From the IMG/VR virus record IMGVR_UViG_3300024259_000011: a DNA stretch of 64,000 nucleotides; one strand, written 5' to 3'. The first letter of the stretch is position 1. Every line of letters begins with the position of its first letter. The translations under genes and the position numbers were made by a program. Positions 6,930 through 16,354 of the stretch are shown here, one piece after another. Below the pieces are notes generated by a model. The model was given only the letters and a program-made list of their open reading frames with translations. It was not told where the DNA came from and made no database searches. The DNA comes from a virus (Duplodnaviria; Caudoviricetes).

Positions 6930-7229
6930 TTAATAATCATCACGCTTAACTGCGAGGATGATGGCATCAATATAGCCGGGTGGCACTTTGAGGGTAACCC
7001 TGCGCCACCCCATCCACATCGGTCCAGTATCTATGAGATCCCATATGCCCTCCTCGATTTGCTCACGGACATTCTCTCTTTCGATGATCAGTTCCAAGAG
7101 GTTGCCCCCATCGTCCGAAACAAACCTGATGTGAAACGGTTGATCATAGACCCTATTGATATGTTTCTCTAAAGCTGCTTTGGCTTCTGCTTTAGAAGCC
7201 TTCTCTCCACTGAAAAAAATGTTCGCCAT
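6930..7229 (-). CDS. Hypothetical protein
   Basis: 99 aa, AAGGAG RBS. Confidence 0.7.
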   Translation of the reverse strand: MANIFFSGEKASKAEAKAALEKHINRVYDQPFHIRFVSDDGGNLLELIIERENVREQIEEGIWDLIDTGPMWMGWRRVTLKVPPGYIDAIILAVKRDDY

Positions 7230-7289
7230 ACTCTCTCCTTATAGCGTTTACGCCCATATAATATATAGAAGAAAGCACGCGAATAAGGG

Positions 7290-7748
7290 CTAGAATGGGA
7301 TGATTAGTTCGTTGAAATTTGTCGTTTGCGGGAATAAGTACCAAACTTCGGGTGGCCAAAGGTTAATGTCGGGATATAGCTCCTTAACCATCGCAACATG
7401 ATTCAAGGCTTCCTCCATTTCCGAAAGGCTTTTTGCAAAGCTGTTCTTGTGTAACCAGCCCACAGTTAGATCGCATGCGATTCGGGTGCCACCAAAGTTC
7501 ATGCCTATCTCAAAGTCGTTAGATTTGAGAAAGGTTAGTTTTGTATCTCTTATTCTGTTGTCAAGGTGAATGGAACCCGTGGTGCGGATCCTTTCCCTTT
7601 TATCCGGTAGAACAATGTCGCCAGCGTACCAGTGCCGTATGACATTCTCTACTGTTTCTAGGTTTGTCTCATAAAATAGTGGATGCGTACCTCGGAACGT
7701 ACCAGCCATCTGCGTGTTCTTGAGCCATACTTTTGTTATCTTGCTCAT
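7290..7748 (-). CDS. Hypothetical protein
   Basis: 152 aa, ATGA overlap with upstream gene. Confidence 0.65.
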   Translation of the reverse strand: MSKITKVWLKNTQMAGTFRGTHPLFYETNLETVENVIRHWYAGDIVLPDKRERIRTTGSIHLDNRIRDTKLTFLKSNDFEIGMNFGGTRIACDLTVGWLHKNSFAKSLSEMEEALNHVAMVKELYPDINLWPPEVWYLFPQTTNFNELIIPF

Positions 7749-8116
7749 TCTCTGTCCTGTGCTTTGCCCATAATTTTGAAAAACCGAGCCTCGTACCAGT
7801 CTTTATCAAAGATAGCGCCGTGCGCCTCGGTATACTTTAACATTTCTTGAACCGTAACTGCGTCAGGTGGATCTCCAGTCCACTCAAGCGTGTACTCGCT
7901 GTCGTACATCGGCACGGCAATATGCTTCGGCGCAAACTTTCCTTTTCGCATCCACTTGATTCGTACACATTCTTCATATCGTCTGTTCTTGTCGTCCCAT
8001 GGCGACTTGGCGCGCCACAAATAGCTGCGCTTGTCAATCACCAGACCAACAGTTTCATGCCCTCTACCACCTACATTATACCACACAAGATCGCCAATTT
8101 GCAACTGCTTTTTCAC
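7745..8116 (-). CDS. Extended SH3/KOW-like protein (LQIGDLVW)
   Basis: IGDLVW...VGLVI...VRIKW, with a long insertion. Confidence 0.7.
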   Translation of the reverse strand: MKKQLQIGDLVWYNVGGRGHETVGLVIDKRSYLWRAKSPWDDKNRRYEECVRIKWMRKGKFAPKHIAVPMYDSEYTLEWTGDPPDAVTVQEMLKYTEAHGAIFDKDWYEARFFKIMGKAQDRE

Positions 8117-8365
8117 TTATTTCCCGGCGCTTGACAGCACTTCAAATGCGTACTTGGATGTGTCTAACATATGATACTCGCATGAGCGTGGAATATAAAC
8201 CACGACTGTTGGCGAATCGTCATTAGCCACATCGACAATAAGACCGTAGCAATACACGGGATTGGCTGGCCAAACGCCGCCTTCATCGTCTGCCGAAAAG
8301 ACGGCATAGCTTATAACCCAACGAACAAAATCGCCGCGATGTACCTTTGGTTGTGTGAGTTGCAC
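8117..8365 (-). CDS. SH3/KOW-like miniprotein (HRGDFVRW...FEVLS)
   Basis: GDFVRW...GLIVDV...VVVY...FEVLSS. Confidence 0.65.
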   Translation of the reverse strand: MQLTQPKVHRGDFVRWVISYAVFSADDEGGVWPANPVYCYGLIVDVANDDSPTVVVYIPRSCEYHMLDTSKYAFEVLSSAGK

Positions 8366-8372
8366 ATAGTAA

Positions 8373-8495
8373 CTAGGCTTGCCGACTACACTTTCGGACC
8401 TTTCTCATTATTGAATCCACAAGTTCTTTAGCCTCTTTATCTGTCAGCGGAGGCACCGAGTTTCTAATCGCCTCGCGAATGTACCGATACTTCAT
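8373..8495 (-). CDS. Small hypothetical protein
   Basis: MKYRYIREAIRN...; AAAGAGA upstream; short. Confidence 0.35.
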   Translation of the reverse strand: MKYRYIREAIRNSVPPLTDKEAKELVDSIMRKVRKCSRQA

Positions 8496-8844
8496 TCTCT
8501 TTCTCCTCGTCATCGTCATCTTCAAGCCTTCTGCACAAGCCATAAGTTTTGCTTCGCTCAAGTGCTTTGAAATAGTTGGGGGGGAACACATTAACAACTG
8601 CCCTCTTCACGTTTGATTGGTTGCACCCGTCAAAAGAGCCACTTGCCTTTTGTACTGCGGTGCTATAACCCCACGCTCGTTTTAGAATATACCAAACAGC
8701 CAGCTTTGCAGCCTCTATCTCGTTCTCCGATAACTTAACTATGTTCTCCTTCTTACCGACCAATACCGAGTCCGGTACTGAATTGGCGAAAGCTCTCACT
8801 TGAATGTTTAATAATTGTTCTGGGTTTAATCTGAAACGTGGCAC
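8464..8844 (-). CDS. Hypothetical protein
   Basis: GTG start with AAGGAG RBS after promoter copy 5. Confidence 0.7.
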   Translation of the reverse strand: MPRFRLNPEQLLNIQVRAFANSVPDSVLVGKKENIVKLSENEIEAAKLAVWYILKRAWGYSTAVQKASGSFDGCNQSNVKRAVVNVFPPNYFKALERSKTYGLCRRLEDDDDEEKENEVSVHSRGD

Positions 8845-8865
8845 TGTTCTCCTTGTTGCGTCTAC

Positions 8866-8899
8866 TGTCTTAGACGTATCAGGGCTTAGATTTATTCAA
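8866..8899 (-). promoter_or_regulatory. Repeated promoter cassette copy 5 (divergent)
   Basis: TTGAATAAATCTAAGCCCTGATACGTCTAAGAC; same spacing as the other copies. Confidence 0.6.
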
Positions 8900-8940
8900 T
8901 CAAGAGGGGAAATTTTTCCGGAAAGTTTCCGCTGAGAGAT

Positions 8941-9597
8941 TCATATTGTTCTCGACTCTTTATCGTTGCCGTAGAACAGCGTGTCAATACCCAACTCTCC
9001 GGTAAACCATTTCGGGGGAACATTAAAATCATATGATGGCGAAGCAACTTCCCATCCGGTCAAGGTTAATGATGGTTCAGCAAGAGTAGGAGACACGGAC
9101 AGCCGCATGCGGCGACCCACGTTAGATATTTGTTGGCATAGTATTGCCCGCTCGCCCTCGTTGATATAGTTCATGTCTTTCCATTCATGGCGTAGCACCA
9201 TCCACAACGAAGGGGCGCGGGCGCGATCTTGCATCGTCAACATCGCACCAATACCTAAGCCTAGGCTGTCAATGTTCATATAATAATCTTTACGCCATGT
9301 GGCATTTTTTTCGGTAGCTATCGTACGGTCTATTTTTAACGTCGCACAGGTCCGTCGATTGTGTCCAAGCGTGTGACAGTACGTGCAGCTTCGGGGCATC
9401 TTCGCTCTTGCACTCGCACTTTTTGATACTGCGGCGCGGCTCCTCTTATATTCAACCACCACATGATGTTCGGATCCATGCTTTTCTTCCACTCGCTCCA
9501 CATCGGCGCGGAGTTGAGGGCATGTCTGCCGATTATGACCGCGAGTATAGCAATACCCACATACAACAGATTTATTGTCATTTTTTAAGTTCCCCAT
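8941..9597 (-). CDS. Protein with two CCHC zinc knuckles
   Basis: CGYCYTRGHNRQTC and CTYCHTLGHNRRTC (CX2CX4HX4C). Confidence 0.75.
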   Translation of the reverse strand: MGNLKNDNKSVVCGYCYTRGHNRQTCPQLRADVERVEEKHGSEHHVVVEYKRSRAAVSKSASARAKMPRSCTYCHTLGHNRRTCATLKIDRTIATEKNATWRKDYYMNIDSLGLGIGAMLTMQDRARAPSLWMVLRHEWKDMNYINEGERAILCQQISNVGRRMRLSVSPTLAEPSLTLTGWEVASPSYDFNVPPKWFTGELGIDTLFYGNDKESRTI

Positions 9598-9646
9598 GTT
9601 ATTTCTCGTTTAGCTAACGTACACTAAGTAGTTTCTCAGAGATTCT

Positions 9647-9892
9647 TCATTCCGATTTTTGTCTTACAATGACGTGTGTTTCGCCATATCTTTCATAAAT
9701 TTCGTCAATAAACCACATATGATGGATGTTATCTTTCCATGGAAAGCTCACCTCGTACATACACGGCTTGTCGCCGTACTTTCTCTTCAATGTCTCGCAG
9801 TCACCTTCAAGCAACACATCTTTAATATTCTCGGGATAAATCTCTTTTATGAAGATAGTTTTCCCCAATGTATTCTTGGAGGTTTTTCCCAC
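9647..9892 (-). CDS. Hypothetical protein
   Basis: 81 aa, TAGTG overlap with upstream gene. Confidence 0.5.
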   Translation of the reverse strand: MGKTSKNTLGKTIFIKEIYPENIKDVLLEGDCETLKRKYGDKPCMYEVSFPWKDNIHHMWFIDEIYERYGETHVIVRQKSE

Positions 9893-10686
9893 TACACACC
9901 GCCGGGAGGGGATGACTTACTCCGCTTCATTTTTGCACTCTTGTGACCTTTGCCGCCGCCTGTGTCTTTATTGTTACCCTTGTTGATCAAATCAGACTTG
10001 TTCCTCGGATGCTCTCGGCGCATGCGTGTTTGAAACTCGCCATGATCTAGCTCGGGGTCTTTGCCCTCTTCCATGTCGTCAGCATAGTTGACAAGGCGTG
10101 TCACGATTGTGGCATCTGGATACTCTCGCTTCAATTCATCAACCGCTGCAATATTCTTTGGAGAGTCATCGAAGAACAAAATGTCGAGCATGCCAAGGTT
10201 AGTAATCTGATCCTCAATCCACGCCTTCTTGTGCTGCGGGTCACTGCTGCCCAGCGTAACTAGGTCGAACATACTGGAGTCAATCTGCAATACATTCTCG
10301 ATAAAGTCCATGATGTCCTCGCCGGCTGCGGGCGCTCGGGCTGTTAGGATGGCGATCTTACGCCCTGCTCCGTCGCGCTTCTCTGCGTCCACAACCTTCT
10401 GCATGATACGTGCCACTTGCTCAATCTGGCGAGGGTTAATCAACTTATCGAACTCGCTAAAATCAAAGACCTCGCCTTCCGTGTTGATGTATTCTCCCGT
10501 TGCCGGATTATATTCTGCGACAGGCTCATAGACTGCGTACTCGCTGGGCGATAACTTAAACCCTGTGCCATCGGCGCGTGTTACAAAAACATCTGCATCG
10601 GTCACAGCTAGGGTATCGTCAAAGTCGAACACCCGCAACTTAGACTCATTAAGAAAATGGTTCCATGTATCGAGATGCTTCTTCAT
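9892..10686 (-). CDS. HAD-superfamily hydrolase/phosphatase with basic C-terminal tail
   Basis: VFDFDDTL (motif I), ILTAR (II), K (III), FFDDS (IV). Confidence 0.8.
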   Translation of the reverse strand: MKKHLDTWNHFLNESKLRVFDFDDTLAVTDADVFVTRADGTGFKLSPSEYAVYEPVAEYNPATGEYINTEGEVFDFSEFDKLINPRQIEQVARIMQKVVDAEKRDGAGRKIAILTARAPAAGEDIMDFIENVLQIDSSMFDLVTLGSSDPQHKKAWIEDQITNLGMLDILFFDDSPKNIAAVDELKREYPDATIVTRLVNYADDMEEGKDPELDHGEFQTRMRREHPRNKSDLINKGNNKDTGGGKGHKSAKMKRSKSSPPGGV

Positions 10687-10689
10687 AAG

Positions 10690-13600
10690 TTACTCCGTTT
10701 CTCTTAGTACCTTTCTTATATTAGCACGGATTTTAGCTTCTGTCAAGGCTTTCTTTAAGTATGCTACTCGCTCGTCCACCGCCGAAGCGCGCTCGGCGCG
10801 CCTTCGCAGCAAATCCTCAATCTCTTCTTCGGTAGGTGCGCGTCCATTAAATGCTGCCGTCAATTCTTCGATAGCCTTTTCGCGCTCGGTCATGCGGGGG
10901 GCTCCCGCTTCTCGGGGCTCTCCAAGTGTGCCTCTCAGTGTGCCCGCGGGCTCCTTGTAGGTGTCTCTGATCGCCTCGATCTCTTCTGGGGTCATGCGGC
11001 GCCCCATCGACTGCTCTTGTCGCTTGACATACATTTCTATGTCCTCTTCTTTGCGCTTAGCCTCTCTCTCGTCTTCTGTTCCAAAAAACTTCTTTGTGAT
11101 CTCTGGGCTTTTTAGGTGCTCGCCGTTTGCTCCTCTTCTCAAGCTGTGTGGGATGTTGGCGTCAGCCATCCATGCGTCAACATTTCGCCCCCAGCCATTA
11201 GGAAGATGGGCGCCTACCTCCCACCGCGATGCGCCCATCCCCTGACTCATTGGCTTTAAGTACTTCTCGATCAAAACCTCTTTCTCGAATTCATTCATCT
11301 TTGAGTACACATCGCCATTAGACCACCACTCTACGATAGCACGGTGGTGGCTCTGCTGAATACCCATGGCGTCATAAGCATAGTCTTTCATGATCATTTT
11401 ACTCAACTCCATCGCATAGTCGGCGCCGAGGTATTCCCTTTTTAACTCCTGTGCGATCTCAAGGTTGGGTGTGAGGGCGAACTCTTGTGTCACTTCCTTG
11501 GCTGCTTGCATCACCATGTCAACATGTTTGTCTACAAACTCAACGAAGTGAAACGCGCCTTCTAGCTCCTCTTTGGAGTCTTTGCTCATAGCCACAATCT
11601 TGAGCCTGAAAAAGATGGGTTGATTTGCGGATTGTTTAGCCACACTCTCAGCAGTTCCAAATCTTAAGGCGATCTGTACGTCCTTGGCAAAACTAATGCC
11701 TTCATATTTGGGCGATGCGTATTTGTCTCCGAAAGGGAGGTCGATCTGTGTCTTTGCATAGCCGTTCGCTGCAGCTTCTAGTTTCTTCAGCCTCTCGGCA
11801 AAGAACTTAGCGTAGGATGAGTTGGTGTCAGAACCAACCCACACCCAACTGCCGGACTCTCGCCTACCCGAAAGAGCTTTCGCCATCAAGCCTGCCGGCT
11901 CAATATGCCGGGGATTTCTAGCGCCTCCAAATATGTTTGGGTGCTTCGCTAGCCAATACATCTCGCTAGCAGGATACGTCAGATTCAAAGGCATCTCGTA
12001 GTCTGAGTTGTGGGCGCCATGACCTAGGTTAAACCAGATCTCTCCTGTCGGATCGTCGTCATCGTCACCGATAATATTAAAGTTCTTGAGCCTGTCTTCA
12101 AAGTCTTCGATCTCGTTCTGTGTGTCGTCCCATGCGCTAGGTTTCGCGAAGCCTTCCTCAACCAATTTCCTTCTGACCTTCTCGTAAAACTGATCATACT
12201 TGCCGTCGAGATCTCGCATGTGATCCAAGAAGTAGTCGGCATCGTCTGGAGTGGTGCAGTCCTCGCAGTTGAACCGGTAATTGATCTCAAGACCATCCTC
12301 CGTATGATTCCAGTCTGTTTCCTCGGGGTATTCGCCAAAGTCCAAGAGGTTTTCAAAGTCCCGGTAGCCCTCATCGTTGTATGATTGGGGAATATCGTAT
12401 GTCGGGTGAACGTCGTTGCCTTCGCCATCATCACCCCAGCCCAGCGGGATTGTTAGAGTGAGGTCGCCGCTAGCTTGGACCTGCGGTGGGTACTCGGCTT
12501 CTTCCCAGTAAACGTCCGCGTAGAAGGACGCATGCTCTAAGTCGTTGGCTGCTTCATTGAGATCTTCTGCTGCGGATTCGTACTCATCGTTCATTTGTTC
12601 ATTTTCGCTTTCTTCCTCGTCGTCGGCGTCATGATGAACGTCCATCCCATCGTTGTAGGGATCGGGGAGGTCGCCTCCGCGAGCCTCAATCCCGAAAAAC
12701 ATATTGAGGATTTCCCCATCGCGAGTGTCGCCGTAGCTGCCGCCGTGTCGCGTAAGGTAGCTTTTCTCTGGGATGAAATACGTGGTTGCCTCGCCCTTAC
12801 CAGACTCGGGATCAACGTCACCCAACTCTTGAGCAAACATCTCTTTCTGTTTCTCCCACACATATTCTCTAACCGCACCGACAAAGCCGGGAACGGCGGT
12901 GCCGTATGTCCTGCTCTCGGGCGCAGCGAAGGTTAGGCTGTTCGGGTCATCGACATACTTCCTGAGTCTGACGCGAGCCTTTACGCCGATGCCGGGTACA
13001 TCGCGGTCGTGATCTCTGAAGATTTCTTCGTCGTCGAGGTCGCCAATATCTCTCGGGTCTGGCGCTCGGGTGGCTTCTTTGCTGTGCTTCTCAAGTGCAG
13101 CTTTATATTCTTCTTCAGATGTGATTCCTTCCCACGGCTTGAATAAGTCTGGGTGGCTACCGGGACCACGGGCTTCATACTTCTCGTAGTTTTTAACGTA
13201 CTGCTTGAACAACAATGGGCTGATGTTGAGAGCCTTGGCTTGAGCGAGCAGCATAACTTCTTTAAACTTCTCAGGCTTCGATGCCATCTCAACCTTCTTC
13301 TCCATTCCGTTCCACCACTTTGTGCCGGTGTTGGTCCTAGCCCACACCCACAACAACATCAACGCACCCTCGGGTGTCTCGGTGTCGTAGTCCTGACGGA
13401 TAGCTGTGATTCTCTCAGCTTGTCCTAGCTCCTGATACATCCTGTCGAGTTTCGCAATCGGTCGTTCTCTTTCCTCAGAGGGTTTCAGAAGTTTATTAAG
13501 TTCTGCCTCTGTGACTGCGTATGCGATAGGACCGTGACCCTTTGCTTCCGCAACAGCACACTTGAAGTAGTCGCTGCCCTCGCTGTGGCATGAGTGAATG

Positions 13601-14418
13601 TTACTAATGTCGCTCATGCGCAGCACGTCGATAGGGTGACGTGACAGAATAACGTGCATGTCCTCACGGTGGTGCGTTTGCCCTTCGTCGGACAGTCCTG
13701 TTTGGATTTTCTTATGGTTCTGATCTTTTGTGTAATGTGTCTGGTTCTTAGTCCACCACTCTGCTGCGCCTGCAGCTAGCTTGCCCTTCTTCTCAAGACC
13801 GCCGATGACTTTATTGATTCCCTGCTTCTGAACCTTAGTAATCTTCTCGCCTGCTCTCGGACCTTTCGGGATAACTTGCTCGACTCGGCGCTCAAGTCCA
13901 AGGTCGGCTACGTTAATCTCCACCTCGTACTCGCCGCCGCCTTCAGCAGCAAGGCGCTGACGCTTCTGCTTCGCCTTCTTTGTGGGGAACCCCCGCTCGG
14001 GTGCATCTGAGGCTTCCCATGCCTTCCACTCTTCTTTGGTTGGCTCCCACTCACCGCCGTCAGGATTGTATACCTGACCGGTTTCTTGACCCTTTTCGTA
14101 AGAGTAAATGCTCCGCTGACGCTCGCGGGCGCTGTCAGAGATTGGAGGTAGCCAGCCTTCTTCCTTGATTGCTCGCAGGATCGACTTGAGCATACGGGTG
14201 TCGTGGCTGTCCATGGGGAGAGCCACGCGCATATTGTCGCCGAAGATCTCATCGAAATCGTAGGGAAGCCCGTCAGTGTCCCGCATCCAATCATAGATCT
14301 TCTCAGCGGCATTCTTTGAGATCTCATTCATGATCTCACGGCGCTCGATGAGTGTCAGGGGCTTTGTGCTTTGTGTGAACTTCTTCCAGTTCTCTAAAAT
14401 AGTTTTGTATTCCATCAT
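10690..14418 (-). CDS. Large acidic protein (1242 aa), putative virion/internal head protein; paralog of 46421..48802
   Basis: Long ORF; shared RMSD..I.SCHS..YFKCAVAEA.GHG domain; function inferred only. Confidence 0.7.
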   Translation of the reverse strand: MMEYKTILENWKKFTQSTKPLTLIERREIMNEISKNAAEKIYDWMRDTDGLPYDFDEIFGDNMRVALPMDSHDTRMLKSILRAIKEEGWLPPISDSARERQRSIYSYEKGQETGQVYNPDGGEWEPTKEEWKAWEASDAPERGFPTKKAKQKRQRLAAEGGGEYEVEINVADLGLERRVEQVIPKGPRAGEKITKVQKQGINKVIGGLEKKGKLAAGAAEWWTKNQTHYTKDQNHKKIQTGLSDEGQTHHREDMHVILSRHPIDVLRMSDISNIHSCHSEGSDYFKCAVAEAKGHGPIAYAVTEAELNKLLKPSEERERPIAKLDRMYQELGQAERITAIRQDYDTETPEGALMLLWVWARTNTGTKWWNGMEKKVEMASKPEKFKEVMLLAQAKALNISPLLFKQYVKNYEKYEARGPGSHPDLFKPWEGITSEEEYKAALEKHSKEATRAPDPRDIGDLDDEEIFRDHDRDVPGIGVKARVRLRKYVDDPNSLTFAAPESRTYGTAVPGFVGAVREYVWEKQKEMFAQELGDVDPESGKGEATTYFIPEKSYLTRHGGSYGDTRDGEILNMFFGIEARGGDLPDPYNDGMDVHHDADDEEESENEQMNDEYESAAEDLNEAANDLEHASFYADVYWEEAEYPPQVQASGDLTLTIPLGWGDDGEGNDVHPTYDIPQSYNDEGYRDFENLLDFGEYPEETDWNHTEDGLEINYRFNCEDCTTPDDADYFLDHMRDLDGKYDQFYEKVRRKLVEEGFAKPSAWDDTQNEIEDFEDRLKNFNIIGDDDDDPTGEIWFNLGHGAHNSDYEMPLNLTYPASEMYWLAKHPNIFGGARNPRHIEPAGLMAKALSGRRESGSWVWVGSDTNSSYAKFFAERLKKLEAAANGYAKTQIDLPFGDKYASPKYEGISFAKDVQIALRFGTAESVAKQSANQPIFFRLKIVAMSKDSKEELEGAFHFVEFVDKHVDMVMQAAKEVTQEFALTPNLEIAQELKREYLGADYAMELSKMIMKDYAYDAMGIQQSHHRAIVEWWSNGDVYSKMNEFEKEVLIEKYLKPMSQGMGASRWEVGAHLPNGWGRNVDAWMADANIPHSLRRGANGEHLKSPEITKKFFGTEDEREAKRKEEDIEMYVKRQEQSMGRRMTPEEIEAIRDTYKEPAGTLRGTLGEPREAGAPRMTEREKAIEELTAAFNGRAPTEEEIEDLLRRRAERASAVDERVAYLKKALTEAKIRANIRKVLRETE

Positions 14419-14431
14419 GTTCCTGCCTTAA

Positions 14432-14788
14432 TTAATATGTGTTCTGTTCTCCATCCTCAAACGTAATGATCGTTTTGTTAGATGGGTGAGGCTCTACATG
14501 AACCTTTAAGAAGTCGCCAAGCGAATCGAAGATAGCGATGCCGCCTCTGGGTGGTGGGTAGAGCCAGTGAATGATGCAGTGACCAGACGCAAGCTCCACG
14601 CCCTCGATGACTACGCCTTCGCCTGATACTCCTGTCTCGTCGCTCTGTCGGCAGACTGTAAAAGTCCTGATACCTCTTGGCGCTAGTTTCGGTGGCGGCT
14701 TGGGCTTGAGACTTTCATCTATCTCACCCAACTCGTCAACGGTCACCATCGCAATAGTATTGTCTGTTGTTTCATTCATTCTATGCAT
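14432..14788 (-). CDS. Hypothetical phage protein (DETGVSGEGVV motif)
   Basis: 118 aa, GGGGA RBS. Confidence 0.7.
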   Translation of the reverse strand: MHRMNETTDNTIAMVTVDELGEIDESLKPKPPPKLAPRGIRTFTVCRQSDETGVSGEGVVIEGVELASGHCIIHWLYPPPRGGIAIFDSLGDFLKVHVEPHPSNKTIITFEDGEQNTY

Positions 14789-15128
14789 CCCCCACGGGAG
14801 TCAACCCCTTCATTAGTTGTGCTTCATATTCATCGGTAATCGACTTCATGATCGCTTTCTCTGCTTCTTTCATCTCTTCCATATGGTTCCACAATAAAAC
14901 ATTTTCATCTTTTACTGCATCTAGCTGATCAGACAGCTTCTTGTTGTGTACTTTAAGTAACTCAACAGTGTATCTTAATTCGTGGTTCGTCCGATGGAGA
15001 GAGGATTTCGATGTTCCCGCTCTCAAGACTTTCCGTAAAATCGCGGACATTGATTGTGTGACGCTTTTTGCCATTTCTGTTCCCCATTGAAAAAATCTCA
15101 TAATAGTATTCCCTTTGCATGTCGTCAT
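14781..15128 (-). CDS. Coiled-coil hypothetical protein (start uncertain)
   Basis: C-terminal ~70 aa look coiled-coil; 5' part overlaps 14962..15210. Confidence 0.5.
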   Translation of the reverse strand: MTTCKGNTIMRFFQWGTEMAKSVTQSMSAILRKVLRAGTSKSSLHRTNHELRYTVELLKVHNKKLSDQLDAVKDENVLLWNHMEEMKEAEKAIMKSITDEYEAQLMKGLTPVGDA

Positions 15129-15210
15129 GCCTGTGTTCTGTAAAACCTACCCAGAATTTATCCACCACGACGTGCATGTTGTGACCGATCATTACCAACG
15201 AACCAATCAT
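14962..15210 (-). CDS. SH3/KOW-like miniprotein (MIGSLV...IEILS)
   Basis: ATG 15210 overlaps the upstream stop; family pattern. Confidence 0.55.
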   Translation of the reverse strand: MIGSLVMIGHNMHVVVDKFWVGFTEHRHDDMQREYYYEIFSMGNRNGKKRHTINVRDFTESLESGNIEILSPSDEPRIKIHC

Positions 15211-15593
15211 GTTGTCGTCTCGGTTGGGACACCCCACCGGACAATGCTTAGTCCCTTGATTTTCGCCATGTCTTTTACCAAGTATCTTTTAACCCAATAC
15301 GTCGGTCGCAACTCAGAGTTAAGCTCAAACTTAATAATATATCGGTTGAACCAATACTGGTCGGTTGCTCTGGCTCGGCTCTGAGCGCCGGCACGGGCAG
15401 GATCTGTAACGGTTGTAACGCGCTCGATTGCACGCATGTCATCAATCGTCTGGTCTTTGTTACCGCCCTTCTCCTTACTAATACGAACATCCACCTCGAC
15501 CTCATACGTGCGCTGAATGTAGGTCGGATCTTTAGTGGCTGCCTCTTTAAGAGCGGCGAACCATTTGTCTGTTGCTGTTTGTGAACTCATCAT
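15207..15593 (-). CDS. Hypothetical late protein
   Basis: ACTATTTATA immediately before the ATG. Confidence 0.7.
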   Translation of the reverse strand: MMSSQTATDKWFAALKEAATKDPTYIQRTYEVEVDVRISKEKGGNKDQTIDDMRAIERVTTVTDPARAGAQSRARATDQYWFNRYIIKFELNSELRPTYWVKRYLVKDMAKIKGLSIVRWGVPTETTT

Positions 15594-15614
15594 TATAAAT
15601 AGTTTGTTAAAGGG

Positions 15615-16352
15615 TTAAAGGCGGTTTAGCAGCAAAGCAGTATCTTTCCAAGAGGTGACGCTGTGAACGTGTCCATTGGGTCGCTTTTCTACCAGTTGTG
15701 CGATTGCATAATCGTTGCCGGGAAATTCTGTTCTATCTCCTACAAAATGTATTGTAACATCTTTCGGCAAATCTTTAAAATGTTCCCGAATCACCTGTGA
15801 CTTGTCGCACCCTTTGGCAAAAATATCGATGCTTACTGCGCCACCAATCACGAAGTCCAACTTGGGATATTTGGCTTGTAGCATAGCCACAATCTCTTCT
15901 CTCTCCTTGTGCTCGGCATCGTACTGTGTATAGGCTTTGCGTTGCTTCTGGGTCGCTTTACCGCCTACAATCGAGAAGTTGATCATGCCAGTTCGCTCAG
16001 AAGCATGTTCACCGGTCTTGACGGGGTACTTAGAATCCGTGACGATTTTTGCCAATGTCGGAAACAACTTCTTTGGCGCGGTAAATTTGTTTTCATACCC
16101 GAAGAACCATGCTCGCGATTCATCGCGTTTGTTTTTGTAATACACGTTGCCCATACATGCAAAGACTCCAGCTATGCCCTCCATAACATCACCGCCTAGC
16201 TGCTCGCATAGGCGTATGAAGCTACCGCCAGAAACTAAATAAACCTCTTTGTTTTCAATCCATTTCAAGAAATCTTTGCGAAATTCTGGGGAAGCTGTTT
16301 GCTTTGGTGGTGTCAATGTCCCATCAACATCGAACAAGTAGAGGCATCTCAA
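15615..16352 (-). CDS. Phosphomannomutase-like HAD-IIB enzyme (eukaryote-type PMM)
   Basis: LFDVDGTLTP, VSGG, INFSIVG, SIDIF..G.DK, FVGD...GND. Confidence 0.8.
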   Translation of the reverse strand: MRCLYLFDVDGTLTPPKQTASPEFRKDFLKWIENKEVYLVSGGSFIRLCEQLGGDVMEGIAGVFACMGNVYYKNKRDESRAWFFGYENKFTAPKKLFPTLAKIVTDSKYPVKTGEHASERTGMINFSIVGGKATQKQRKAYTQYDAEHKEREEIVAMLQAKYPKLDFVIGGAVSIDIFAKGCDKSQVIREHFKDLPKDVTIHFVGDRTEFPGNDYAIAQLVEKRPNGHVHSVTSWKDTALLLNRL

Positions 16353-16354
16353 GG

